A DNA stretch of 64,000 nt from Clostridia bacterium (lineage in GTDB: Bacteria > Bacillota > Peptococcia > Peptococcales > BICA1-8), in contig JASKKI010000001.1 of the NCBI GenBank assembly GCA_030154225.1, positions 30,895-94,894 of the forward strand. Reading direction: 5' to 3'. Each line of letters begins with the position of its first letter. The first letter of the stretch is position 1. The position numbers and the translations under genes are program-made. This document shows positions 26,989 to 36,038 of this stretch, piece after piece. The notes under the pieces are model-generated. The model was given only the letters and a program-made list of their open reading frames with translations, did no database searches and was not told where the DNA came from.

Positions 26989-27512
26989 TAGTTGACCCTC
27001 CCCATTCTTCCTAGCGGCCAGTAAATAAACTGTGCTTTACCTATTAATAAATCTTCTTCTACAAATCCCCATACACGACTATCGCTACTATTATTACGAT
27101 TATCTCCCATCATAAAATAGTTTCCTTCTGGCACTTGTATCGGACCAAAATCACCAAATTTTAATCCCTCTGGTAAATATGATTCCTCTACTAAAATATC
27201 ATTTATGTAAAGTTTACTATTTATAATTTGTATTTTTTCCCCAGGTAAACCTATTAATCTTTTAACATAGTCCTTTTTAGGATCTAAAGGATATTTAAAA
27301 ACTACTACATCTCCCCTTTGTGGTTCATTAAACCAGTAGGAAAACCGCGTAACAATTATCCTGTCATTAATTAATAATGTTGGTTCCATGGAACGTGATG
27401 GTATCCAAAAGAATTGAAATAAAAATGTTCGAATTATTAATGCTAAAATAATTGCTATTATAACAGATTCCAACAATTCTTTAAATGCCAGTGCATACCT
27501 CTTATCAGCCAC
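26988..27512 (-). CDS. lepB: signal peptidase I
   Basis: 174-aa ORF with an N-terminal TM helix, catalytic SRSMEPTL and GDNRNNSSDSR boxes. GTG start with GGAGGGAG RBS. Confidence 0.92.
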   Translation of the reverse strand: MADKRYALAFKELLESVIIAIILALIIRTFLFQFFWIPSRSMEPTLLINDRIIVTRFSYWFNEPQRGDVVVFKYPLDPKKDYVKRLIGLPGEKIQIINSKLYINDILVEESYLPEGLKFGDFGPIQVPEGNYFMMGDNRNNSSDSRVWGFVEEDLLIGKAQFIYWPLGRMGRVN

Positions 27513-27612
27513 TTATCTCCCTCCTTATAACGTTTACCGGTCCCTAGATTTTAGTTTAATCTATTTGATTCTCACTTTATCCACCTGTAGCTAATTATAC
27601 TTTATTTTAATA

Positions 27613-27638
27613 CAAAAAAGGACTGAGTATTCAGTCCT
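27613..27638 (-). terminator. rho-independent terminator after rplS
   Basis: Minus strand AGGACTGA-ATAC-TCAGTCCT followed by TTTTTTG, starting 5 nt after the rplS stop. Confidence 0.85.
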
Positions 27639-27642
27639 AGTA

Positions 27643-27987
27643 TTATTTGCGTAAGTCTTTAATTCTCGCGGCTTTACCGGATCTTCCTCTTAAGTAATAT
27701 AGTTTTGCTCTTCTCACACGACCTCTACGTAACACCGTAATTTTATCAATGCGAGGAGAGTGAAGTGGAAAACAACGCTCAACTGCAACACCATAGGCAA
27801 CACGACGAACTGTAAAAGTTTCGCTTAAACCAGAACCACGACGTTTAATCACTATACCTTCAAAAGCCTGGATACGTTCTCTGTTACCTTCTACAACCTT
27901 TACATCTACTCGTACAGTATCACCTGGTTTAAAATCAGGAATATCTTTTTTTAATTGTTCGCTTTCAATAGTTCTAATGATATCCAC
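27643..27987 (-). CDS. rplS: 50S ribosomal protein L19
   Basis: 114-aa ORF (M)[43 protein letters not shown].. GTG start with GGAAGGAGGG RBS. Confidence 0.96.
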   Translation of the reverse strand: MDIIRTIESEQLKKDIPDFKPGDTVRVDVKVVEGNRERIQAFEGIVIKRRGSGLSETFTVRRVAYGVAVERCFPLHSPRIDKITVLRRGRVRRAKLYYLRGRSGKAARIKDLRK

Positions 27988-28072
27988 GGGAATTTCCCTC
28001 CTTCCTCTCTAGACGTTCATATCTTACCTTTTAATTAAGACAGCGGACCGCCCTTTTTCAACACCGTTGGCA

Positions 28073-28101
28073 ATTATATCATAAATATTAGAAATATACA
28101 A
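28073..28101 (-). promoter_or_regulatory. sigma-A-type promoter for rplS, giving a ~85-nt leader (candidate L19 autoregulatory leader)
   Basis: Minus strand TTGTAT - 17 nt - TATAAT just after the stop of the upstream gene. The leader contains small hairpins (CAAC-GGU-GUUG; GGGA-AAU-UCCC overlapping the RBS). An L19 leader is known in low-GC Gram-positives, but I cannot verify the motif by eye. Confidence 0.5.
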
Positions 28102-28104
28102 GGC

Positions 28105-28674
28105 CTACCACCATTTTTCTCCATTCAACCTATCTAAAATAATTGCCACCGCACTTCTAACGGAAAGATGATTATATTCGCTAACTCCAAAAATAGGTAA
28201 TAAACGATAATCTGCTTTTTCCATAACTTCTTTAGCTAGTCCCCAACCGGTACCAAATAATAGCAAATAGCTAACATTTACAGTTTCAGAAATTTCATTT
28301 CTTAAATCAAGATAATTTATAGAATTTGGATACTTCCTGGCATCAGTTACTATAGTCTTTACATTTGTAAAATACTTTAACTTAATATCTTCTATTGTTT
28401 CTTCAATAGACTTAGCTAAGACTACCTTTTCCAGAGCGATTTTACGATGGGGATTGTACTGCCCTCCATACCCCTCTTGCCAGTACTTTAATATTTCACT
28501 AGTTATCTCATGCTGAGTTTGCAAAGGATTAATAATGTAATACGTTTCCACACCATAAGTAGTCACTGTTCTAGCAATGTCATGGATATCCATGTTTGTT
28601 ATTGATGTAGATATGATTTCCATATTTTTATTATATACCGGAAAATGAACTAAACCTAAAAAAATTTTACCCAT
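28105..28674 (-). CDS. predicted SPOUT (alpha/beta-knot) RNA methyltransferase-like protein
   Basis: 189-aa ORF MGKIFLGLVHFPVYNKNMEIISTSITNMDIHDIARTVTTYGV..LLLFGTGWGL.. It recalls (from memory, not a search) the Methyltrn_RNA_4/DUF2168 family often found beside trmD. ATGA overlap with trmD. Confidence 0.55.
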   Translation of the reverse strand: MGKIFLGLVHFPVYNKNMEIISTSITNMDIHDIARTVTTYGVETYYIINPLQTQHEITSEILKYWQEGYGGQYNPHRKIALEKVVLAKSIEETIEDIKLKYFTNVKTIVTDARKYPNSINYLDLRNEISETVNVSYLLLFGTGWGLAKEVMEKADYRLLPIFGVSEYNHLSVRSAVAIILDRLNGEKWW

Positions 28675-29411
28675 TATTCAACTTCCTCATTTTTAATTTG
28701 TTCAAGGAGCATGGTATCTTCCGTACTTAATCGGTATTTTTCTAATAAATCCGGCCTACGCTTTAGGGTTCTCCTTAATGATTCTTTTCTGCGCCATAAA
28801 CGAATATTCTCATGATTACCGGATAATAAAACATCTGGAACTTCCATATCTCTAAAAACCCTAGGTCTGGTATAATGAGGGTATTCAATAAGACCTTTAT
28901 AAAAAGAATCTTCTTTAAAGGATTCTGTTTCTTTAATAACACCGGGAATTAATCTGGCTATCGCGTCAATCATTACCATAGCGGGTAATTCTCCCCCGGT
29001 TAAAACATAATCACCTATGGAAAATTCCTGGGTCACAAATCTCCTAATGCGTTCATCAAAACCCTCATAATGACCGCAGATAAAAGCTATTTTTTTCTTC
29101 CGGGCAAGCATTTTAGCATATTCCTGATTAAAAACTTGCCCTTGAGGAGACATTAAAATAATTTCCTGTTGGGAGTCATTAAGATTTAAATTTGCTTCTA
29201 GAGCTAAAACAATTGGTTCAGGTTTCAAAACCATACCAGCTCCCCCACCAAAAGGGTAATCATCAACAGACTTATGCTTATCCTGGGCATACTCTCGAAA
29301 ATTAATAAGGTCTATATTTATAATTTTTTTTTGTCTTGCTTTCCATAAAATACTGGTATTTAAAGGACCTGTAAACATTTCGGGAAAGATTGTAAATACT
29401 TTAATATCCAC
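28674..29411 (-). CDS. trmD: tRNA (guanine37-N1)-methyltransferase
   Basis: (M)DIKVFTIFPEMFTGPLNTSILWKA..DDYPFGGGAGMV..LTGGELPAMVMIDA.. GTG 29411 (GGGGGT RBS, 7-nt spacer) preferred to TTG 29435. Confidence 0.94.
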   Translation of the reverse strand: MDIKVFTIFPEMFTGPLNTSILWKARQKKIINIDLINFREYAQDKHKSVDDYPFGGGAGMVLKPEPIVLALEANLNLNDSQQEIILMSPQGQVFNQEYAKMLARKKKIAFICGHYEGFDERIRRFVTQEFSIGDYVLTGGELPAMVMIDAIARLIPGVIKETESFKEDSFYKGLIEYPHYTRPRVFRDMEVPDVLLSGNHENIRLWRRKESLRRTLKRRPDLLEKYRLSTEDTMLLEQIKNEEVE

Positions 29412-29427
29412 AAACTTTACCCCCTTT

Positions 29428-29922
29428 TTAATCAACTAACCCTTCAGGCAACTCAACAAACATTTTCTTAGTTTGTAGGTCTATATTTTTTACTACTGTT
29501 TTTAAAGCAGGAATCAAGACTTCTTTTTTATTTCCCTGGACAATGTAAACATCATTGCTGCCGGTTTGAATTACATCTTTTACTTTACCTAGATACTTTT
29601 CATTTTCATAAACTTCTAACCCTATTAACTGAAAAATAAAATAATGATCTTCGGGCAAAGTAATCAACTGTTCTTCCTGAACACATATGTAAATATTCCG
29701 TAATTTTTCAGCAGCAGACATATCGGTAATTTCTTTTAATTTTAATATTACAAAGTTTTTGTGATATTTAACACTATTAATATGCATCTTGGTATACCCA
29801 TCAGGTAAATTAAGAAAGACAAATTTTAGGTCATCAAATCTATTAGGGTCATCAGTGAGAGGAAAAACTTTTACTTCACCTTTATGACCATGGGTAGTAA
29901 GAATTTGACCAATTTTAATCAT
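29428..29922 (-). CDS. rimM: 16S rRNA processing protein RimM
   Basis: 164-aa ORF MIKIGQILTTHGHKGEVKVFPLTDDPNRF.. with a PRC-barrel C-domain. Located between ylqD and trmD. Confidence 0.92.
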   Translation of the reverse strand: MIKIGQILTTHGHKGEVKVFPLTDDPNRFDDLKFVFLNLPDGYTKMHINSVKYHKNFVILKLKEITDMSAAEKLRNIYICVQEEQLITLPEDHYFIFQLIGLEVYENEKYLGKVKDVIQTGSNDVYIVQGNKKEVLIPALKTVVKNIDLQTKKMFVELPEGLVD

Positions 29923-29929
29923 TTTTTTG

Positions 29930-30346
29930 TCACTCTTTTCCTATTCCACTTCTAATATCAACTATTATTCCATCTTTGATTACCATTTCTGTTCTACTTA
30001 ATGCATCAAAATTATCACCAATTTTAACTTCCAGTGGTCCCTCTATAGTACCTTGTACTACTTCTTCGTCAATATTTAGCTTGCTAACTAATTTTAATTT
30101 TTCTAGAAGCTGTTGTTTATAAGAAGTAAGTTTTTCTTTTTCTACTTCAATTTGCTGCTTAATTTGATTAATCTGAGGATGTCCCTTTAAGGTTAATTCG
30201 GTTACTGTTTTTTTTGTTTGTTTATCAAAATTTTCAATATCTATTTCTACCTTCTTTAAAGCTTCCTGGATTTCCGAGGCAGTTTTTTTCTTAAAATTTT
30301 CTGTTACTACTTGCTTGACTACAATTGATCTCATAATAGTTAACAT
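29930..30346 (-). CDS. ylqD: YlqD-family protein
   Basis: 138-aa ORF with a charged coiled N-half. Occupies the B. subtilis ylqD position between the KH-domain gene and rimM. Call is mainly by synteny. Confidence 0.6.
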   Translation of the reverse strand: MLTIMRSIVVKQVVTENFKKKTASEIQEALKKVEIDIENFDKQTKKTVTELTLKGHPQINQIKQQIEVEKEKLTSYKQQLLEKLKLVSKLNIDEEVVQGTIEGPLEVKIGDNFDALSRTEMVIKDGIIVDIRSGIGKE

Positions 30347-30394
30347 ATCAATATTTTGCCCTCCTTTGTAAATAAATTAATCATCTAATTATTA

Positions 30395-30416
30395 TAAAAG
30401 GGGCCCATTAGCCCCT
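30395..30416 (-). terminator. weak internal terminator/attenuator after the KH-domain gene
   Basis: Minus strand AGGGGC-UAAUGG-GCCCCU followed by UUUUAUAAU, 2 nt after the stop. Confidence 0.45.
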
Positions 30417-30417
30417 A

Positions 30418-30648
30418 TTACTGCAAAATTTCAACAACAACTTTTTTGCCTTGTCTAGCTGCAGCAGCTTTTACTACTGTACGAATAGCTTTGGCAATTC
30501 GTCCTTGTTTGCCTATCACTTTTCCCATATCTTCTGGAGCAACTGTAAGCTCTAAAACAACAGATCTCTCACCCTCTACTTCATTAACTTTTACTTGGTC
30601 GGGATTGTCAACTAAGGACTTTGCCAAAAATTCAACCAATTCCCGCAC
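30418..30648 (-). CDS. ylqC: KH-domain RNA-binding protein (UPF0109, YlqC)
   Basis: 76-aa ORF ..[25 protein letters not shown].. (GxxG KH motif). GTG start with AGGGGGTG RBS. Confidence 0.9.
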   Translation of the reverse strand: MRELVEFLAKSLVDNPDQVKVNEVEGERSVVLELTVAPEDMGKVIGKQGRIAKAIRTVVKAAAARQGKKVVVEILQ

Positions 30649-30672
30649 TGCTACACCCCCTAAATTTACTAC

Positions 30673-30918
30673 TTAATTAAATATTCCAGCTTTTTTAAAT
30701 AAAGACTTAACTGTATCAGAGGGTTGGGCACCAGTTTTAATCCACTTTTGTGCTTTTTCAGTATCAATATTAATAATAGCAGGTTCTTTTGTAGGATTAT
30801 AGGTACCAATTTCATCTACAAAACGACCGTCTCTAGGAGAACGGGAATCTGCTACAACAATACGGTAAAAAGGATTTTTCTTAGCACCCATTCTTTTTAA
30901 CCTAATTTTTGTTGCCAC
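30673..30918 (-). CDS. rpsP: 30S ribosomal protein S16
   Basis: 81-aa ORF (M)[41 protein letters not shown].. GTG start with AAGGAGGTGA RBS. Confidence 0.96.
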   Translation of the reverse strand: MATKIRLKRMGAKKNPFYRIVVADSRSPRDGRFVDEIGTYNPTKEPAIINIDTEKAQKWIKTGAQPSDTVKSLFKKAGIFN

Positions 30919-30945
30919 TTATAATCACCTCCTTAATAATGTAAG

Positions 30946-30994
30946 GGGACACACCTCTCTTATAAAGCCTAACTCTGGGGCCGAGGTAAGTCCC
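30946..30994 (-). other. GC-rich three-tier hairpin in the ffh-rpsP spacer (rpsP 5' leader)
   Basis: Minus strand GGGAC-UU-ACCUC-[GGCCCCAGAGUUAGGCUUUAUAAGA]-GAGGU-GU-GUCCC. No U-run. Ends ~25 nt before the rpsP start. Confidence 0.35.
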
Positions 30995-31040
30995 AATTAA
31001 TAAACAAAAATAATAAATTGCTTATATCCTTAAATACTTT

Positions 31041-32381
31041 TTACATAAAAGGTAATTTGAACTTACCTTTTTTCCCTTTGCCAGTTGTCATGCCAGAAAT
31101 TTGTTTCATCATCTTCTGAGCCTGTTCAAATTGTTTTAAAAGTCTATTGACATCCTGAACTCTCGTACCACTGCCGGCAGCAATTCGTTTTCTCCTGCTA
31201 CCATTAATTTTTTGGGGATTTTTTCTTTCATCTTTAGTCATAGATTGAATTATTGCCTGGAATCTAACAAACTCTTTTTCATCCAACTGCAAACCTTTTA
31301 ATTTGGCTTTATTCATACCCGGTAGCATATCCATTATCTGATCCAAAGGACCCATATTCTTCATCTGCTGCATCTGAGTTAAGAAATCTTCTAATGTAAA
31401 TTCAGCTTTTAATAATTTCTGTTGTAGTTCTTGGGATTTTTTAGCATCGAAATTTTCCTGGGCTTTCTCAATTAAGGTTAAAACATCGCCCATGCCCAAT
31501 ATTCGGGAAGCCATCCGATCAGGATGAAACGGTTCCAAAGCATCTAGCTTTTCTCCCATACCAACAAATTTAACAGGTTTACCCGTTACTGCTTTAACGG
31601 AAAGTGCTGCTCCTCCCCTGGTATCCCCGTCTAACTTAGTTAAAACTACACCGGTTAAATCCAGCAATTCATTAAATTTTTCAGCAACATTTACTGCATC
31701 TTGACCTGTCATCGCATCTACTACTAAAAGTATTTCAATAGGATTTACCTGCTTTTTTATCAGTGATAATTCTTCCATTAAAGCTTCATCAATATGCAGT
31801 CTTCCAGCTGTATCTAAAATAACTATATCATTTCCGTGATATGCCGCATGATTTATGGCCGCTCTAGCAATATCTACGGGACTAGTTTTATTCCCCATAC
31901 TAAAAACAGGAATATCTAATTGTTCACCTAACACCTGTAATTGCTTAATAGCTGCCGGCCTATAAATATCACAGGCAACAAGCAAAGGTCTTCGTCCTTG
32001 TTTTTTTAATAAACGTCCAAGTTTCCCGGCAGAAGTAGTTTTACCAGAACCTTGTAAACCGACCATCATGATTATAGTTGGTGGTTTTGAGGAAATCTCT
32101 AGTTTACTTTGGAACCCACCCATCAACTTAGTTAGTTCATCATTAACTATTTTAATAACCTGTTGTCCGGGAGTTAAGCTTTCCAGTACCTCCTGTCCTA
32201 AAGCCCGTTCATTTACATTATTGATAAAATCCTTTACAACTTTATAATTAACATCGGCTTCTAATAAAGCTACCCGCACTTCTCGTAAAGCAGTTTTCAA
32301 ATCTTTTTCCGATATCTTACCTTGACCTTTTAGCTTTTTAAAAACACCCTGTAGTTTTTCACCTAAACTTTCAAAGGCCAC
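31041..32381 (-). CDS. ffh: signal recognition particle protein Ffh
   Basis: 446-aa ORF with NG domain GLQGSGKTT, DTAGRLH, TKLDGD and a Met-rich M domain. GTG start with AAGGAGG RBS. Confidence 0.96.
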   Translation of the reverse strand: MAFESLGEKLQGVFKKLKGQGKISEKDLKTALREVRVALLEADVNYKVVKDFINNVNERALGQEVLESLTPGQQVIKIVNDELTKLMGGFQSKLEISSKPPTIIMMVGLQGSGKTTSAGKLGRLLKKQGRRPLLVACDIYRPAAIKQLQVLGEQLDIPVFSMGNKTSPVDIARAAINHAAYHGNDIVILDTAGRLHIDEALMEELSLIKKQVNPIEILLVVDAMTGQDAVNVAEKFNELLDLTGVVLTKLDGDTRGGAALSVKAVTGKPVKFVGMGEKLDALEPFHPDRMASRILGMGDVLTLIEKAQENFDAKKSQELQQKLLKAEFTLEDFLTQMQQMKNMGPLDQIMDMLPGMNKAKLKGLQLDEKEFVRFQAIIQSMTKDERKNPQKINGSRRKRIAAGSGTRVQDVNRLLKQFEQAQKMMKQISGMTTGKGKKGKFKLPFM

Positions 32382-32461
32382 TTTAAAACCTCCTTATCTC
32401 AACGACTAGTAACTGGTGACTAGTTTAAAACCCATTATTATAATATTATCAGGGTTTTACA

Positions 32462-32815
32462 TTAATAATTATCTTCAACAACAGAATTAATCAAATCTCT
32501 AATTTCATCTAATTCACAAGTGCTATTTTTCTCTTTTTCTATAATATCAAGGATTTTTAGTGCTTTTTGCAATTTATCTTTATTTGCTTGAAATTTGCTT
32601 ACCAGCTGCAGCTTTTTTTCATATTCTTCCAAGGTATTTTCCGATCTTTTTATAATATCATAAACTGCCTGCCTAGAAACATTCTGTTCTTCCGCAATTT
32701 CACCCAAAGACAAATCACACTGGTAGTACAAATCAAATATTAACTTCTGTTTTTCCGTGAGTAAACCACCGTAGAAATCAAATAATAATGTTAAATATGC
32801 TCGTTTTTCCAGCAT
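32462..32815 (-). CDS. ylxM: YlxM (UPF0122) putative helix-turn-helix protein of the SRP operon
   Basis: MLEKRAYLTLLFDFYGGLLTEKQKLIFDLYYQCDLSLGEIAEEQNVSRQAVYD.. ATG 32815 (AGGGTGA RBS) preferred to 32824. Confidence 0.88.
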   Translation of the reverse strand: MLEKRAYLTLLFDFYGGLLTEKQKLIFDLYYQCDLSLGEIAEEQNVSRQAVYDIIKRSENTLEEYEKKLQLVSKFQANKDKLQKALKILDIIEKEKNSTCELDEIRDLINSVVEDNY

Positions 32816-32889
32816 AGATATCACCCTAAGCTAGTTCATAGACAACATTAATACACTATCATGTAAAGGAATTTTACTTAACATTAATG

Positions 32890-32918
32890 ATAATATAGTA
32901 TTATTTTTATATTGTCAA
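32890..32918 (-). promoter_or_regulatory. sigma-A-type promoter for ylxM-ffh
   Basis: Minus strand TTGACA - 17 nt - TATTAT. Confidence 0.6.
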
Positions 32919-32959
32919 GGTAAAAAACTTAACAGCTTATATTTATAATTATTTTATAT

Positions 32960-32995
32960 AAAATAGTCTGGATTCTAGGGAACCCAGACTATTTT
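32960..32995 (-). terminator. rho-independent terminator after mtaD
   Basis: Minus strand AAAATAGTCTGG-GTTCCCTAGAAT-CCAGACTATTTT followed by AT-rich sequence, ~30 nt after the stop. Confidence 0.7.
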
Positions 32996-33024
32996 TATAT
33001 AATACTTGAACTATGAACTTAACT

Positions 33025-34320
33025 CTACTCCATTATCTTTTGGGCATAACGTTGGGCTTCATATATTACTTTTTCCTCGTCTATAGTTAAAACCTCCCTA
33101 TCTTTCATCACAATTTGTCCATCAATGATTGAAGTCTTAACATCAGAGCCCTGGGCAGAATAAACTAAATTGGCAACTATATCATGGCTGGGATATAAAT
33201 GGGGTTTATTTAGATCTATTAGAATAATATCTGCTTTCTTCCCTACTTCGATGGTACCAATCTCGTCAATTAAACCAACGGTTTGGGCGCCGAAAATAGT
33301 TCCCATTTGCAAAACCTGATATGCTGGTAAAACAGTGGGATCCCCCCAGCTCACTTTATGTAGTAAAGAAGCAAGATGTAGTTCTTCAAACATGTTCAAA
33401 TTATTATTGCTAGCTGTACCGTCAGTTCCAATCCCGACCTTGATTCCTGCTTCTAACAATTGAGGAATAGGAGCCATTCCACTAGCTAATTTCATATTAC
33501 TGGTAGGGTTATGTGCTACACCAACACTACATTCCTGTAAAATGGCTATATCTTCTTCGGTAAGATGAACACAATGGGCTGCCAGTACAGGATGGTTTAA
33601 TAGACCTAAATCATAAACATGTTTTACAGGTGTTTTCCCATACTGTTTTCTGATATCGTCAAACTCTTGTTTCGTTTCTGCCAAATGAATATGAATCCCT
33701 ACTTTTAATTCTTGAGCTAAATCCATAACCTTTACTAGATAATCAGGAGGGCAGGTATAAGGAGCATGGGGTCCTAGCATACATTTTATCCTTCCCTTGC
33801 CTTCACCGTGCCAATTGGAAATAAAACTTTTACTCTCATTGAGAGTTAAATTATCCTGGTCATTAAAGCCGATCATTCCCCGGGCTAAAACTGCTCTGAT
33901 TCCGCCTTCTTCTACAGCCTTAGCCACATTATCCATAAAGAAATACATGTCGGTAAACGTAGTTGTTCCTGATTTTATCATTTCTAGAATTGCTAACATA
34001 CTACCCCAGTAAACATGATCAGCTCCCAACTTAGCCTCCCTGGGCCAAATTTTTTCCTCCAGCCAGGTCATTAGTTCCATATCATCAGCATAGCCCCTTA
34101 AAAGAGTCATAGCTGCATGGGTATGACAATTTATTAAACCCGGTAAAGCTAAGCAATTATTTCCGTTGATAATTTCTACATCATCTACTTGATAACTTAC
34201 TTTACCTACTTCTTTTATGTATTGTCCTTCAATTAAAATATCTCCGTTAATAATACCTGCTTCATTATAAGCGGTCATTGTTAAAATTTTAGCACCTTTA
34301 ATTATGATTTTTTTTAACAT
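33025..34320 (-). CDS. mtaD: 5'-methylthioadenosine/S-adenosylhomocysteine (and probably 5'-deoxyadenosine) deaminase, amidohydrolase family
   Basis: About 431-aa ORF MLKKIIIKGAKILTM..PGLINCHTHAAMTLLRG.. (HxH metal site). ATG 34320 (AAGGAGGAG RBS) preferred to the track start at 34347. Confidence 0.85.
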   Translation of the reverse strand: MLKKIIIKGAKILTMTAYNEAGIINGDILIEGQYIKEVGKVSYQVDDVEIINGNNCLALPGLINCHTHAAMTLLRGYADDMELMTWLEEKIWPREAKLGADHVYWGSMLAILEMIKSGTTTFTDMYFFMDNVAKAVEEGGIRAVLARGMIGFNDQDNLTLNESKSFISNWHGEGKGRIKCMLGPHAPYTCPPDYLVKVMDLAQELKVGIHIHLAETKQEFDDIRKQYGKTPVKHVYDLGLLNHPVLAAHCVHLTEEDIAILQECSVGVAHNPTSNMKLASGMAPIPQLLEAGIKVGIGTDGTASNNNLNMFEELHLASLLHKVSWGDPTVLPAYQVLQMGTIFGAQTVGLIDEIGTIEVGKKADIILIDLNKPHLYPSHDIVANLVYSAQGSDVKTSIIDGQIVMKDREVLTIDEEKVIYEAQRYAQKIME

Positions 34321-34333
34321 CCCATCTCCTCCT

Positions 34334-34969
34334 TTAATCTTGACCATAAACGGTTAAATAGGCCTTTCTCATCCAATTGACTTCTTCTTGGGATAAAATA
34401 TAGGTTTGCCCGAGGGCTTCAGCAGCAATACCAATATGGGCAGTTTTTTCAACAAGTAAACAGGCTTTATAAGCCTCTATTAAATTATAACCTACACCAA
34501 CCACACCGTGGTTAGCCAGTAATACAGCACCTTTATTTCCTAAAGCTTTGATGGCATTTTGAGCTAACTGGTTGGTCCCGGGTAAAGCATATTGAGCAAC
34601 TTCCACAGGGCCACCTATAACCTGGGCCATATCCTCAATAATAGGTGGAATTGGTTTTCTGCTAACAGCATATGCACTAGCATATAAACTATGGGTATGT
34701 ACTATTGCTTTTATATCTTCCCGTGCTTTATAGATTTCTAGGTGCATGGGTAATTCGCTGGAAGGTTTGCGTTTACCATTAATAATACTACCTTTAGTAT
34801 CTACTAGAACTATATCTTCAGGTTCTAAGCTATCATATTCCATACCGCTGGGAGTAATATATATACTCTCGGTATTCATTTTGACACTAATATTTCCCCA
34901 GGTAGAAGCTACCAATCCCTGGTTAACCATTTTTTTACCTAGATTAATTATTTCTTTTTTAATATCCAT
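34334..34969 (-). CDS. class II aldolase/adducin-fold enzyme (5-(methylthio)/5-deoxy-ribulose-1-P aldolase Ald2-like, or MtnB-like dehydratase)
   Basis: 211-aa ORF ..WGNISVK..ITPSGMEYDSL..PSSELPMHLEIY..IVHTHSLYASA..LANHGVVGVG.. Sits between mtnA and mtaD. Aldolase and dehydratase cannot be separated by eye. Confidence 0.75.
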   Translation of the reverse strand: MDIKKEIINLGKKMVNQGLVASTWGNISVKMNTESIYITPSGMEYDSLEPEDIVLVDTKGSIINGKRKPSSELPMHLEIYKAREDIKAIVHTHSLYASAYAVSRKPIPPIIEDMAQVIGGPVEVAQYALPGTNQLAQNAIKALGNKGAVLLANHGVVGVGYNLIEAYKACLLVEKTAHIGIAAEALGQTYILSQEEVNWMRKAYLTVYGQD

Positions 34970-36038
34970 GGGAAAACATTCCTTTTATGTTTTCTTTATA
35001 ACTAGGTCTAAGAATACCTGCGTCGGTAATTATAGCCGTAATTAATTCATGGGGAGTTACATCAAAGGCCGGATTTATAACTTTTACTTTTTTGGGTGCT
35101 ATCCATTCATTACCTATTTTTTTAATTTCATCTGGATTTCTTTCTTCAATGGGAATAGCTTGCCCAGAATTTAAACTTAAATCAAAGGTAGATTTAGGTG
35201 CAGCAACATAAAAAGGAATACTATGATATTTGGCTAAAACTGCCAAACCATAAGTACCAATTTTATTGGCCACATCTCCGTTAGCAGCAATCCGATCCGC
35301 ACCAACTATGACACAATCTATTTTTCCTTGCTGCATAAAATAGGCTGCCATATTATCTGCTATCAAGGTTACAGGCATACCATCTTCCATAAGTTCAAAA
35401 GCAGTTAACCTAGATCCTTGTAATAGTGGTCTTGTTTCATCAACATAAATCATTTTTACTTTACCTTTATTAAAAGCCGCCCTGATTACACCCAGGGCAG
35501 TTCCAAATCCAGCAGTGGCTAAAGCGCCAGCATTACAATGGGTAAGAATATTGGCACCATGGGGTATAAGTTCTTGACCAAACTCACCCATTTTAATATT
35601 CATAGCCAGGTCTTCATTTTGTATTATTTTAGCCTCATTTTCTAATTCTTGTAGATAATCATTGACTGTCAGGTTTTTTTCTTCTAATATTTTAAGCATT
35701 CTATCAATTGCCCAAAACAAATTAACAGCAGTCGGTCGGGTCTGTTTCAATTGTGTAGCAGCTTCTTTCATCTTTATTAAAAATTCGTCTTTTAAGGAAT
35801 TCCTATATTCAAAACCGGCTAATACTAACCCGAAAGCAGCAGCTACGCCAATAGCAGGTGCTCCCCGCACTTTCATACTTTTAATAGCATCGGCTACACA
35901 TCTATAATCATGACACTCCACAAAGGTTACCTCAACGGGTAACTTTGTTTGATCTAAAAGTACCAGTTTATTTTTTTCAAATTTTACAGCATCCAACGTA
36001 CCTGTACTCCTCTCATGCAAAATTTCCAGCTTCCCCAT
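34959..36038 (-). CDS. mtnA: S-methyl-5-thioribose-1-phosphate isomerase (eIF-2B alpha/beta/delta-like)
   Basis: 359-aa ORF ..LVLLDQTKLP..MKVRGAPAIGVAAAFG..RPTAVNLFWA..VIVGADRIAANGDVANKIGTY.. Track start ATG 36038 overlaps mtnP by 26 nt. An alternative TTG 35996 follows GAGAGGAG. Confidence 0.9.
   Translation of the reverse strand: MGKLEILHERSTGTLDAVKFEKNKLVLLDQTKLPVEVTFVECHDYRCVADAIKSMKVRGAPAIGVAAAFGLVLAGFEYRNSLKDEFLIKMKEAATQLKQTRPTAVNLFWAIDRMLKILEEKNLTVNDYLQELENEAKIIQNEDLAMNIKMGEFGQELIPHGANILTHCNAGALATAGFGTALGVIRAAFNKGKVKMIYVDETRPLLQGSRLTAFELMEDGMPVTLIADNMAAYFMQQGKIDCVIVGADRIAANGDVANKIGTYGLAVLAKYHSIPFYVAAPKSTFDLSLNSGQAIPIEERNPDEIKKIGNEWIAPKKVKVINPAFDVTPHELITAIITDAGILRPSYKENIKGMFSHGY

Noticed and set aside
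32401-32435. ACTAGT-containing motifs upstream of both SRP genes. These are GACTAGTAACTGGTGACTAGT before ffh, and AACTAGTAAC plus the 13-bp palindrome TGACTA-C-TAGTCA at 37790-37897 before ftsY and after smc. They were considered as a possible shared operator.
   Set aside because: The shared core is only 6-9 nt. ACTAGT is expected roughly 20 times per 64 kb at this base composition. Spacing and orientation differ between the two loci. I consider it coincidence unless a genome-wide motif search says otherwise.
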